Shown here: one piece after another, positions 27,465 through 41,340 of the stretch
Numbering within the stretch: position 1 is the stretch's first letter
How the letters are laid out: every line of letters begins with the position of its first letter
Source of the DNA: Camelus ferus
Lineage: Eukaryota
Direction: 5' to 3'
Assembly (NCBI RefSeq): GCF_009834535.1
Contig: NC_045696.1
Location: forward strand, 41,728,001-41,792,000
DNA length: 64,000 nt
The notes under the pieces: model-generated
The model's input: only the letters and a program-made list of their open reading frames with translations
Database searches by the model: none
Told to the model about the DNA's origin: nothing
Program-made: the position numbers and the translations under genes

Positions 27465-28042
27465 TGAGAATTTTTTTAGTTTTATTTTGCAAAAGTTAAG
27501 AGGCTATTTGACATCATGTGACTTTAGTAACAAAAGCCAAAAAATTATAAACTTAAGAGGATAATGATATGAAAAATTATGAAAATCACTGCCTTCACGT
27601 CTCTATTACTGTATTAAATCTAAACCATGTTTATAATTATAACTCAAAGGCACTGCAAAGTCCTGAAATGCCATGTGAATCAAAGGAATCAAAAAGCTGT
27701 CTCCAAAAAAAAAAGCTGTCTCCTTATAGTTTTATCACTAACTGCATACTAAGTCTTTGAAAATAGATAATGTATGCATTAAGTAGGGTAATTCTCTGTG
27801 TACAACAAACTCCCTAAACTCTTCATAAAAAGAAGTTTAAAGAAACTGGAAGTAAATTACTACTGAAAAAGGAAATCTGACAAAAATTTCACAGAGCAAG
27901 TGAAAAAGCAATTGGCTGAACAGCAATTTGGTTAAAATAAGGAGGGGAAAAGAAAACAGGTCTGAAGGATATAAATCAAACTACTAAGTAAGGAGTGATA
28001 TTGGAGAAGAGGTAATTTTAACTTTTTTACTTCTTCATAACA

Positions 28043-28361
28043 CAGTCAGCCCTCTGCATGCGCAGGTTCCACCAACTCTGCAAATGGAAAATACTCAGGA
28101 AAATAATTCCAGAAAGTTCCAAAGGGCAAAACTTGAATTTGCTGGGCACAGGCAACTATTTATATAGCATTTACAGCTATTTACTTAGTATTTACATTGT
28201 ATTAGGTATTATAAGCAATCTGGAGATGATTTAAAATATAAAGGAGGATATAGATTATATTCAAATACTACACCATTTTATATAAGAGATTTAATCATCT
28301 GCAGATTTTGGTATGTGCAGGATCCTGGAACCAATACTCTGCAGATACTGAGCAATGACAG
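28043..28361. mobile_element. MER2/Tigger-family non-autonomous DNA transposon
   Basis: Degenerate TIRs cagtcagccctctg...gatactgagcaatgacag|ta; internal gcaaaacttgaatttgc. Confidence 0.7.
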
Positions 28362-28567
28362 TATTTGAAATTTGTTCACATAACTGTATTAATGCAAAAA
28401 GTTGCATTTAAATTATTTTTTTAAAAACAGAATCAAAAACTAGGCAAGGAAAAGAAAGAAATCTGATGATAGAAGCAGAAAGCTAGGAGAACATTATTTA
28501 GTCACAGTCAATTCATTTTTATCATAGTACAAATTATTTCATATCACATCTAAAAACCTCTACTTAC

Positions 28568-28749
28568 TGTCTGTTCTGTTGACTTATACAAAGAAGCAGA
28601 ATTATAAGAATCAGGTAAATTACTTCTAAGCCTTTTCTTTCTCTTCCTGGAATTCAGGGTGGGTTCCATTTTTGAATCAGAATATGCGTCATCCTTGTTT
28701 CTGCTCCCCTCTTCAAGATGATCACAACCTCGACTTCTACTATTGAGAT
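28568..28749 (-). CDS. SENP7: SENP7 exon (~8), 182 nt
   Basis: aag|AT..ACA|gtaagt; (D)[47 protein letters not shown]...STEQT. Confidence 0.96.
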
Positions 28750-29839
28750 CTTAAAAAATGAAAGAGACATAAATATGGCCAAAAGTACAGAAAGAATCCC
28801 TTTTAGAAGAGCTCAAAGAAACATCATCAAAATTGCTGTACTACTTTTCAAAGCTATTTTTTTAAGTCCACTGTTAAATTCTCATACTGACATGGATGAA
28901 TATAAGGACATATCCTATTTTAAACTGCATACACAAAGTAAATGTTCACCATACAATAAAAATGACATGAGGAAAATACATTAAAAGGTCGTATTCTTTA
29001 GTAACAAAAGCAACCAAACTATGTTTTTTCCTTCTTCTATAACTGCAAATGTCTATAATAAAAAAAAGTCTTCATAAAATTTCAAAAATTAGTCTTAAAA
29101 TGTCTTTTAAATTCATTGTGACTTTAGAAATTGAACTAATTTAGAGATTACAACTAATTCAGCAATTAGTTATATCTCTAAACGTAAATTTTATATATAC
29201 ATATTTTTAAATGAAATGGGACAATTGTCTGAGAGTATTGATCACTGCTCTTTCAAAAGGAGCCAAAACCCTTCCTCAGCAGCTGAGGAAACCATGTCAA
29301 TTATTATCAAACATGCTTAGTATTTCAGTTATCAAATACAGGTACTGTACAAAAATATCTTCCAAAAGGTTCTACCTAACTAACTGAAGGTTACCCTGAA
29401 TTATTTTGCTTTCTGACTCTATATCATACAAGTACCAGCTCAGGGTTCACACAACGCAAGACACAAAGCAGCTTCTTTGAATTCATAACTTAAAATTCAT
29501 GCAACACTGAACTGGCCTGACTTCCCCATTCACTTGAAGTTTTACAACACTACATATTTTCTCTTCAAACTATTCTTGTTCTTACTCTAGCTTTATAAAC
29601 ATCTAATAATTAACATTCATAATATCTCTTTGTCATTGCTTGAAAGGCAGGTATGGGGGACAGGGCTGAGAGCAAAAACTCCAAGACTGTCAACAGTATT
29701 CCAATTTCCAAAGAAAACACCTCTTTCTCGCTCCCCCAGGAAAATAAACTTCCCCCAAACTATCAACACAGCATTCTGAAAAGTACAATAAATTTTATTC
29801 ATAATTTTGTAAACTGTAAAGATAGTCAAACACAATTTC

Positions 29840-29907
29840 TACATATAAACATATACATATTTATATATATATATATATAAACATATATATTTATATATAT
29901 ACATATA
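29840..29907. repeat. (AT)n-rich microsatellite
   Basis: Directly visible. Confidence 0.8.
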
Positions 29908-30254
29908 GTGTATCAAATTATAATTTCTAAACATAAATACTATAGCAAAAGTATGATGAAAGAAATGGGGCTTGAAAAAATTCTATTATACAGGAGTTTT
30001 CCTTCAGTTTACTATTTGCATATCAGCCAAGACTATCTCATAGGATACAGGAATAAATGTATTACATGAAGCTAAACATTGTAAAAACAGGATTCTGCTT
30101 GGTAACAAATACCATTTAACTTGCAAATATTACTAGCATATAAAATTAAAGAGGTGACAAATTCCTGTAAAAGAATGTTAAATATTTCCAATGTATTATA
30201 CTCATAAAAGCAAATTCCACAAGGCAAATTTAACGTACTATGAAAGTATATCTA

Positions 30255-30773
30255 GTGTGGGGAATATAGTCAATAACTATGTAGTATCTTTGTATGGTGA
30301 CAGATCATAACTAGACCATAGTGATCATTCTGAAATGTACAGAAATACTGAATCACTATGTTGTATCATAGGAATTAACATACGTGTTGTTGGTCAATTA
30401 TAATTCAGAAACAAACAAACTCATGGAAAAAGAGATCAGTTGTGGTTATCAGAGGTGGGGAGAGGGGAACTGAATGAAGACAGTCAACAGGAACAAACTT
30501 CAGTTATAAGATAAGTAAGTTCTAGGGATGTAATGTACAACATGATAAATATAATTAACAGTGCTGGATGTTTTGCATGAAAGTAGTTAGGAGAATAAAT
30601 CTTACAAGTTTTCATCACAATGAAAGTTTTTTCTACTTCTTTAATTTTGTATCTGTATGAGAAAATAGATGTTCACTGAATTTCATAATGTATGTAAGTC
30701 ATTATGCTATACCCCTTAAATGTATACAGTGCTGTATGTCAACTATATCTCAACAAAACTGGAACAAAAAAAA
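30255..30773 (+). mobile_element. L1 3'UTR fragment(s)
   Basis: gggaatatagtcaataa...gtatgtcaactatatctcaacaaaactgg with A tail. Confidence 0.75.
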
Positions 30774-32151
30774 TTTTAATGGTATACCTGGAGTTTAATT
30801 CAGAAGTCCTATTAATTTATGGACTTACATTAAATAACTGGTATTAGACACAATTATCTACAGGATGAAAATATGGTGAGTTTCAACAAAGTTTCAATAG
30901 CTAATTTTCTTAAAAACACTGCACGTAAGAGGAGAAACTTCAGGGATACTAAGAAACTATAAGGTATTTCTTTTATCATGCATTTTTCTACCTGCTGTTA
31001 AGTCTAAAATTTCGCTCTAACTTTGGAGGAATACTGAAGGGCACAAATTAGAAAGCTTTTTATTTTACTATGCCTACTCTACCCAGGAAAGCAATGAAGG
31101 CTAAACAGTGTCTTGATAGTATCTGAACTGAGCCCACAATACTTAGATTTTTATAATGTAATTAAAAATAATTATTTCTCGGAAAAAGATAATCTGTCAG
31201 AAAATAAAAGCCTTTCATCATGTGCAGGTGGTACTCTGTGACTAACTGAAAGATTATGTCTGCAGAGTCAGCATATTTCCTCTAGAGATCGCCCTCTATA
31301 AGAGCTGCAGCTCCTTTCTTGTATACATCAAAGATGTTAGTCTAGTTTCCTTTTAAGTCTTCCTCTTCTATGAAAAAAGCTACTTAAAATTTGTAAATAG
31401 CTGTGTTCCAAATGAAGTAAAAAGATTTTTTTGCATAATATCATTAAAGGAAAGACTGTGTCTTCTTGTGAATAATCTGTAAAATCATTCAGAAAACAAA
31501 ATATCTCAACTAATTTGAAGCTATCAATAATCCAAGAGACCTTGAAGATGTTTCACATCTGACTAATGTAGTAATTTGTTTTGGTGCGAATTTTTATAAA
31601 TTATTTCAAAATCTTTTTAAAAAGAGACAAAATAGGACAAAAGAAGTCAATTCATTAACCCTACAGGCAAGGAGGCCTACAATGAATTTTCATAAGTCTG
31701 AAGTGTATTTACCTTTAAATTTGCTAATAGTGGCTTATATTGGCATCCTCCTAGAGTTGAGAGAAATTCTATTGAATAAGGAATGTTATTTCATGGTAGG
31801 AGGATAGCCAGTGGGAAACTACTAATAATAACTGAGATGGCAGCAATATCAATTCCTACATATGTTCATGGAAACACCTAGAAACAGCTAAACTTAACAT
31901 AAATTTATAGCTATATGCCCCCCCTAAAAGAAATATTTCAATTTAACTTTTGGATTTAGTAAATAAATCAAGACACGTATACTACAGTATACATAGAGTA
32001 AATGTAGTAATTTTCTTTGTGTTGCTAAGTAATCTCCCTTTACTTTCATGTATCCTTTAAATGTAAGACTAAAGTTATTTATACCTTTAAAATTATTAAA
32101 AATGCAGTAGACAAAAATTCAACTGACAACAGTTTTCTAAGGTTCACAAAC

Positions 32152-32270
32152 CTTTAGGCTGAGTATCAGACATTACAAGAGAAATGCCATCATCATCTGT
32201 TTGCTTTTCTTTGGTGTATGCAGCCTGCTTTGCATAATTGTTGTCTACTGTCTTACTTGGTTGTGAACTC
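32152..32270 (-). CDS. SENP7: SENP7 exon (~7), 119 nt
   Basis: cag|G..G|gtttgt; [39 protein letters not shown]. Confidence 0.95.
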
Positions 32271-32819
32271 CTGAAAAACAAAATACTATTATACTCAATT
32301 CTTCTAAATACAAATTAATTTAGAAGCCAGCTGGCATATATTTGAGATAAAAATAACAGGTTACAAAAAAATCATATAGCATAGTATATAATCTGAACAG
32401 TAGAACAATATTAAACTAAGATTTGAGAAATAAGTTCTACCTTTAAATTCTCCATGTTTCTTTGGAAGAAAAAAAGAAGATACCCACATCACAGAATTGG
32501 ACACATGCAAAATGAGCAAAGAATAACTACAAGAATTAAATACATCAAAGAGGTCTAAAAAGTACAAATTCCATGAACACAAGTACATGATAATAACACT
32601 TACGTGTAATCAAAAAATAAATCAAAGGTAATTGCTAATATGTTTCAAGCATGATTCTCATATCAAAAGTTATGTACAAAATAAAGTTTGCAGTGTGCTA
32701 ACAAATTTTACTTATAGAGAAAATAATTTAACATATAAGCTATTGGTTAAATATATAAACTTTAATAACATTGTGTGAAAAACAAGTTTTGGATTATGAG
32801 TATAATATCACTATTAATG

Positions 32820-35800
32820 AAAACATAATACAATAATAGTATGGGACTTCAATACCTCACTCCACTATCACTGATTGTTAGATCATCCATGCAAAAAAAT
32901 CAAGAAGAAACATTGGATTAGACCATAAATTTGACCAAATAGACCTGACATGCATTTATAAAACATGGCATCCAATAGCACCAAAATACACATTCTTCTC
33001 AAGTGCACACAGAACATTCTCCAGGATAAATCATATGACAGGCCACAAAGCAAGTTTTAGAAAATTTATGACTGAAATCTATGAAATATCTTTCTTAACC
33101 ACAATTGTATAAAACTAGAAATCAATAACAGGAAAAAAGCTGGAAAATTCACAAATACATGGAGATTAAACAGTATGTTCCTGAACAACCAATGGGCCAA
33201 AGAAGAAATCAAAAAGATCAAGAAGTATCTTGAAATAAATGAAAATGTAAGCACAACATACCAAAATCTATAAAATGTTCTAAGAGGGAAATTAATAGCA
33301 ATAAACACCTATATTAAGGAACAAGAAAGAACTCAAAAAAAAAAAAAACCTCTCACTTGATACCCCTTGGAACTAGAAAAAGAACAAATTAAGCCCAAAG
33401 TTAGAAGAAAGGTCAGAGCAGAAATAAATGAAACAGAGCCAAGGAAAAAACAACAGAAAAGATCAACAAAACTAACAGCTAGTTTTTTGAAAACATAAAA
33501 AAAAAATTGACAAACCTTTAGCTAGAAGAACTAGGCAAAAAAAAATTCAAATAAATAAAAATAAATCATCAAGAGACTACTATGAATAATTATATGCCAA
33601 CACTATGCATAACCTAAGAGATGGTTTTCTGGGGAAAAAGAAACTGTTAGCCAGACTAATGGGAAAAAAGAGAAGAAAAAGAGAGAAGACTCAAGTAAAT
33701 TAAATCATTACAACTGATAGCACAGAAATACACTATATCATAAGAGACCACTACAAACAATTACATATCAACAAATTGTATAACCTAGAAGAAATGGACA
33801 AATAACTAGAAACATTCAACCTACCAAACTGAATCATGGAAAAAAAAATCTGAACAGACCAATAACAAAAAAGGAGATTGGATAAGTAATCAAAAATCTC
33901 ATAATACAGAAAAACCCAGGACCAAATGGTTTCAGTGGTAATTCTACCAAACAATTAAAGAATTAATCCTAACCCTTCTTAAAAGTTTTCCAAAAAATTT
34001 AAGAGGAGGGAACACTCCTAAACTCATTTTACAAGGAAATCATTACTCTAGTACCAAAGCTGGATAAGGACACAACAGGAAAAGTAAACTATAGACCAAA
34101 TATCCTTAATACATAAAGATGCAAAAATTCCCACCAAAGTTTTAGGAAACCAAATTCCACAATGCATTAAAAGGATCATACACCATGATCAAGTGGGACT
34201 TATTCCAAAGAGGCAAGAATGGTACAACATCCAGTGTAATAAACCACATCAATAAAATGAAAGATAAAAATCAATCTGATCACTAATAGATGCACAGAAA
34301 AAGCATCTGAAAAAAAATCACTATCCTTTAATGATAAAACCCTCAAAAACCTGTGTATAGAAACAACACACCTCAACATAATAAAGGCCAATATAACAAA
34401 CCCACAGCTAACACCACATTTCACTGTGAAAGATTAAAAGCTTCTACTCTAAGATAAGGAACAAGACAAGGATGCCCACTGCCATCACTCCTTATTCAAC
34501 ACAGTACTGCAAATCAAATCCTGGCTAGACAAATTAGACAAGAAAAAGAACTAAAAGGCATCCAAATTGAGAAAAAAAAGAAAAAGAATTAAAACTGTCA
34601 TTATTTTCAGATGATACGATCTTACAGAAAGAAAACCCTAAAAAAATCCAATAAAACCTTTAAGAACTAATAAATAAATTCACTAAAGTTGCAGGATTAA
34701 AAATCAATATACTAAAATCAGTTGTGTTTCTATACACTAACAAAGAACTATCTGAAAGAGAAATTAAGAAAACAACCCCATTTACAACTGCAGCAAAAAG
34801 AACAAAATACCTGAGTAAATATAACCTAGAAGGAGAAAGATCTGTACACTTAAAACTATAAGACACTGAAGAAAGAAACTGAAGAAGACATAAATAAATG
34901 GAAAGATATTCTGTACTCAGATTGGAAAAATTAACATCGCTAAAATGTTCATTCTACCCAAAGCAACCAACAGATTCAATGCAATCCCTATCAATATTCC
35001 TATGGCCTTTTTCACAGAAACAGAACAAAAATCTTAAAACTTGTGTGGAACTACTAAAGACCCCAAATAGCCAAAGAAATCTTGAGAAAGAAAAATAAAG
35101 CCAAAAGCATCACACTTCATGATTTCAAATTATATTACAAACCTACAGTAATCAAAACAGTATAGTATCAGCATAAAAACAGACACATGTATCAATGAAA
35201 CAGAAAAGAGAGCCAAAAATAAATCCATTCATATATGGTCAATTCATTTATGACAAAGGAGCCAAGAATACACAATAGGAAAAGAACAGTCTCTTCAATA
35301 TCTGACGTTGGGAAAACTGAACAGCCACATGCAAAAGAATGAAACTGGACCAATATCTTACACCATATACAAAAATCAACACAAAATGGACTAAAGACTT
35401 GAATGTATGACCTGAAAACATAAAAATCCTAGAAGAAAACATGAGAGTAAGCTCCTTAACATTGGTCTTGGTAATGATTTTTTGGATTAAACACTAAAAC
35501 AAAGGCAACAAAAGAAATTAAACAAATGGGACTATATCAAACCAAAAAACTGCACAGCAAAGGAAACCATCAACAAAATGAAAAGGCAACCTACAGAACA
35601 GAAGGAAATATTTGTAAATCATATATCTGATAAGGGAGTTAACATACAAAATATATAAAGAACTCATACAACTCAACAGAAAAAAATAAAACAAACTGAT
35701 TTAAAAATGGGCAAAGAAACTGAATCAAAGTTTTTTCCAAAGAAGACTACAAATGACCAACAGGTACATGAAAAGGAGCCCTACACCCACTAATCATCAG

Positions 35801-36161
35801 GGAAAAGTATATCAAAAATCACAATTAGGTATAACCTCATACCTTCAGAATGGATATTACAAAAGACAAGAAATAAGTGTTGGTAAGATTGTGGAGAAAA
35901 GGTAACCCTTGTGCAATGCTGGTGGGAATGTAAATTAGTGCAGCCACTATGGAAAATAGAATGGAAGCTCCTCAAAAACTTAAAAATAGAACTAACATAT
36001 GATCCAGCAATTCCACTTCTGGGTATTTATCTTTAGGAAATGAAATTACTATCTCAAAAAGATACATGCACCCCAATGTTCACTGCAGCATTATTTGCAA
36101 TAGCTAAGACATGGAAACAAGCCTAAGTATTCATCAACAGAAGAACAGATAAAGAAAATCA

Positions 36162-36233
<72 letters not shown>

Positions 36234-36748
36234 GGAGCATCTTTACTCATAAAAAAGGAAAGAAATCCTGCCATTTGTGACAATATGAATGAACCTTGAG
36301 GGTAATACATTAAATAAAATAAGACAGACAAACACAAATAGTGTATCATCTCACTTACATGTGGAATCTAAATTTTAAAACAAACACCTAGATACAGACA
36401 TCAGACTGGTAGCTGCCATAGCCAGGTGCATGAAATGAGTGAAGTGGTAAAAAGGTGTAAGTTTCTAGTCATAAAAGAAGTAAGTCAGGAATGTAAGGTA
36501 CAGCATTATGACTATAGATAACAATAGTGTACTGTATATTTAAAAGTTGCTAAGATAGTAGATCTTAAAATTTCTCATCACAAGAAAAAAAATTTTAACT
36601 ATGTGTGGTAATGAATGCTAACTAAACTTACTGTGTTAATAATTTTGCAATATACACATATATGAGATATTATGGTGTATACTTAAACCTAATGCAAAGT
36701 TCTGTCAGTAACATACCAATAAAATTAATTAATTAATTAAAAAAATAA
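32820..36748 (+). mobile_element. About 3.9-kb 5'-truncated degenerate L1
   Basis: EN remnant (gggacttcaatacc), RT motif (ttttcagatgatacgatc), Cys-domain remnant, 3'UTR, aataaa and A tail. Confidence 0.93.
36164..36230. repeat. Compound (CT)n(CA)n microsatellite inside L1
   Basis: Directly visible. Confidence 0.95.
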
Positions 36749-37032
36749 ATTGATACACAATTGGGAAAGCAATTTGGTACTAATTAGAATAGTCATAAAA
36801 TGAATTAAATCTTTACCAACAATATTCTCACCCTTTATAACTATTATTAATGAAACAACTCATTATGGTATTATTTAAGTGGGTAAAAATTTTAAAATAA
36901 AAACTATATACAATGTTAACCTTCAGAATTCTTTTATAATAGAATATATTATACAGTAATTACTACATTCTCAAAACTATTTAACAAGATAGAAATTCTT
37001 ACATTCATAAATGTATTAAAAATCAGATACCA

Positions 37033-37230
37033 AGAGATAAACAAGATTATACTGTATAGAACAGGGAAACATACACAAGATCTTGTGGAAGCTCACAGTG
37101 AAAAAGAATGTGACAATGAATATATGTATGTTCATGTATAACTGAAAAACTGTGCTCTACACTGGAAATTGATAAAACATTGTAAACTGACTATAACTCA
37201 GTAAAAAAAATGTAAAACAAACAAATAAAC
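37033..37230 (+). mobile_element. Short younger L1 3' end with target-site duplication (TSD)
   Basis: 13-bp TSD aaatcagatacca at 37020-37032 and 37231-37243; resembles the L1 3' end at 41170-41330. Confidence 0.85.
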
Positions 37231-39456
37231 AAATCAGATACCACAAATAAATCAAGGATCCCTGAACAACAAACTATGAAATATATAACAAGTGACCTCA
37301 GGAAAATGGTGGAGTAGGAAACACCTACTATGTTCCTTCCTACCTAGACAACAACTGCACTGGCAGAATCCGTCTGATGTAAGAATTTTGGGATTCTGGA
37401 GTCTATTAAAGGCTTGCAACTTCCAGTCAAAAGGTTCAACTTCAGCAATTTGGGTGGTAGTAGCTACCCACTCCCAGCCCTGAGGCAAATCGCTATGCCT
37501 GAGTTCCTAGAACAGTTTGTACAGGCTTACAATTACCAAGATGAGCAATTAGGATCTTGTCCTCCAAAAGTTGGGAATCTGTATTCTGATCACTGGTTGC
37601 TGTCTCTGATCATGAATAAGGCAGACAGAAAGACAGGCACTCATTGCTGCAACAACCACCACCACTGTTGTAAAAGTCTCCCATCCAGCTAAAACAACTC
37701 CCAGATTTAAAGAGCTAGTTCCTATTTTCTTTTATTTCTGCCCCCACCCTTCATTTTTCCCATTTTCTCTTTATGGGAAGCAAACATTTAAGGCCTAGAA
37801 CTTTAAAAAGTAATCACATATACAAAGAAATTTAGAAAGCCACAGACATGATCAGGGAAAAGCATAGGCTCAGAAAAGACTTGAGGAGACCTTTTGTTTA
37901 CATGTCAGGCTGATCCCTGGAATAGGGACATAGTACAACTATTAAAAAAAAGAAGAAAAGAGACAAACAAAGGAAAAAAGCCAGCAAACCCTCAGAAAGG
38001 GCAAGAATCTTATTTCCAGACTTGCCATATTATATGACCCAAATATAAAGTTTTTAACAAAAAAGAAAATCACAAGGCATACAAAGAAACAGGAAAGTAT
38101 GGCTGATTTAAAGGAAAAATAAATAAATCAACAGAACCTGTCCCTGAAAAAATCCAGATGGCAGACTCTATAGACAAAAGACATTAAAAAGGCTGTCTTA
38201 AAGGTCCTCAAAGAGCTAAAAGAAATCCTGGACAAAATCGAGAAAATGATTTACGACAAAATGAAAATATCAATAAAAGATAAAATATACAAATGAACCA
38301 AAGGAAATTCTGCAGCTAAAAAATATAATTTAAATAAAAATTTTATTAGAAGGATTCAAAAGTAGATACAAGCAGGCAGAAAAAAATAGTGAACTTGAAG
38401 ATATGATCACAGAAATTATCAAATTTGAGGAATAAGAAGAAAAAATTTAAGAAAAGTGAACAGAGCCTAAGAGACCTATGGAACACCAATAAATGGACTA
38501 ATATACACACTGTTGGAGTCTCAGAGGAGAGGAAACAGAGAAAGGGGCAAAGATGTTACTGGGATAAATAATTTACCAAATAATTCCAAATTTGATGAAA
38601 GACATAAATATAAACATCCAAGAAGCCCAAAGAACTACAAGCAGAATAAACTGAATGAGACCTACACCAAGAATGTTATAATCAAATTCTCAAAAGACAA
38701 AGGCAAAAAGGGAATTTGAAAGCACCAAAAAAGAAATGACTCATCATATACAAAAGATCCTCAATAAGATTATGAGCAGATGTTTCATCAAAAACCATGC
38801 TGGCCAGAAAGCACTGGATTGGTATAGTCAAAGTACTGGGGGAAAAAACTGTCAAGTAAAAATCCTATTTCTGACAAAACTGTCCTTAAAAATGAGGACA
38901 AATTAAGACATTCTAAGCTAAACAACTCTATGTGGTCAGCATTGTCCTGATACCAAAGCAAGGCAATGATACTACAAGAAAACTACAGACTAATATCCCA
39001 TAGGAACACTGATTCAAAATTCCTCAATACAATACCCCCAAACAGCTCCTATGGTTATTACCCAGGCCATTTATTCCTGGAATGCAAGGATGTTTCAACA
39101 TACAAATATCTATCAATATAATATACCACATTAACAAAATGAAGAGGAAAACCACCTGGTCATGTAATTAATGCAGAAAAAGCACTTCATAAAATTCAAC
39201 ACCTTTCCCTTACGATTAAAAAATAAAATTCAACAATCTAGGAATAGGAAGAAACTAACTACCTCAACATAACAAAAGCCATATATGAAAAATCCACAGC
39301 AAACATCAAACTCAATGTTGCAAGACTGAAAGTTTTTCTTCTAAGATCAGGACTAAGACAAGAATGCCCACTTTCACCACTTAGTCAATACAGTTCTGAA
39401 AGATCTAGCCATAGCAATTATTCAAGAAATGTAAAAGCCTTTAAACTGGAAAGAAA

Positions 39457-39582
39457 GAGCGGAGGGTATAGCTCAAGTGGCAGAGTGCATGCTCAGCAGG
39501 CACAAGGTCCTGGGTTTAATTCCTAGTACCTCCATTAAATAAACAATTATATAAATAGACCTAATCCTACCCTCAAAGAAAA
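39457..39582 (+). mobile_element. tRNA-Ala-like camelid-type SINE inside L1
   Basis: ggagggtatagctcaagtggcagagtgcatgc...ggtcctgggtttaattcctagtacctcca. Confidence 0.85.
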
Positions 39583-39810
39583 TTGCAAAGAAATAATCTG
39601 TGCTTACAGATGATACTGATCTTACATGTAGAAAACATTACACACACGCATACACACACAAACACACACAAATTGTTAAAGTAAGTAAACAAAAAAGGAA
39701 ATTGAGAAAACAATTCCATTTACAATAGCTTCAAGAAGGAAAAAAACTTAGTACTTAACCAAGGAGACTGAAGACTTATAAAATGAAAACTATAAAACAT
39801 GGCTGAAAGA

Positions 39811-41340
39811 CATACTACCCAAAGCAATCTACAGATTTAACGAGATCACAATCAAATCACCCAGGACATTTTTCACAGAAATAGAACAAATAATCCTAAA
39901 ATTTATATGGAATCATAAAAGACTCAGAAAAGCAATACTGAAGAAAAAGAACGAGGCTGGAAGAATAATCCTCCCAGACTTCAGACTATACTACAAAGCT
40001 ACCAAAACAGCATGATACTGGCACAAAAACAGACATATGGATCAACGGAACAGAATAGAGAGTCCCCCCAAAAAATCCCACAGACTTATGGTCAATTAAT
40101 CTTTGACAAAGGAGGCAAGAAAAATACAATGGAGTGGACAGTCTCTTCAGCAAATGGTGTTGGGAAAACTGGACAGCCACATGTAAACCAATGACATTAA
40201 AAATGAAAGCAAAAATAAACAAATGGGACCTAATTAAATTATAAACTTCTGCACAGCAAAGGAAACCATAAGCAAAACAAAAAGACAACCTATGGAATGG
40301 GAGGAAATATTTTCAAAAGATGAGACTGACAAGGGCTTAATTTCCAGAATATATAAACAGCTCATAAAACTTAATAACGAAAACAAACAACCCAATCCAA
40401 AATTGGGCAGAAGACCTAAATAAGCAATTCTCCAATGAAGACGTACAAATGGCCAATAGGCACATGAAAAAATGCTAATTATCAGAGAAGTGCAAATTAA
40501 AATTACAATGAGGTATCACCTCACACCAGTCAGAATGGCCATCATTAAAAAGTCCACAAATGATAAATACTGGAGAGGGTGTGGAGAAGAGGGAATCCTC
40601 CTACACTGTTGGTGGGAATGTAGTTTGGTGCAGCCATTATGGAAAACAGCATGGAGATTCCTCAAAAAACTAAAAATAGACTTACCATATGACCCAGCAA
40701 TCCCACTCCTGAGCATTTATCTGGCGGAAACTCTAATTTGAAAAGATACATGCACCCCAATGTTCACAGAAGCACTATTTACAATAGCCAAGACATGGAA
40801 ACAATCTAAATGTTCATCGACAGATGACTTGATAGAGAAGTTGTGGTATATTTATACAATGGAATACTACTCAGCCAAAAAAAAAAGAATGAAATAATGC
40901 CATTTGAAGCAACATGGGATGGACCTGGAGATTGTCATTCTAAGTGAAGTAAGCCAGAAAGAGAAAGAAAAATACCATATATCACTCATATGTGGAATCT
41001 AAAAAAAAAATTTTTAAAAGACAGAAATGAACTTATTTACAAAGCAGATATAGACTCACAGACATAGAAAACAAATTTATGGTTACCAGAGGGAAAAGAG
41101 GGTGGGGAGGGATAAACTGGGAGTTCAATATTTGCAGATACTAACTATATATATATATATAAAATAGATTAAAAATAAGTTTCGACTGTACAGCACAGGG
41201 AACTATAATCAATATATTGCAGTAACCTATTATGAAAATGAATAAATGTATGTATATGTATGACTGAAATATGCTATATACCAGAAATTGACACATTGTA
41301 AACTGACTATACTTCAATTAAAAAAAATAAAAATAAAAAT
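39811..41340 (+). mobile_element. Younger 5'-truncated L1 nested in the older L1
   Basis: TSD aaaacatggctgaaaga at 39794-39810 and 41341-41357; ORF2 C-terminus [16 protein letters not shown].. Confidence 0.93.
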
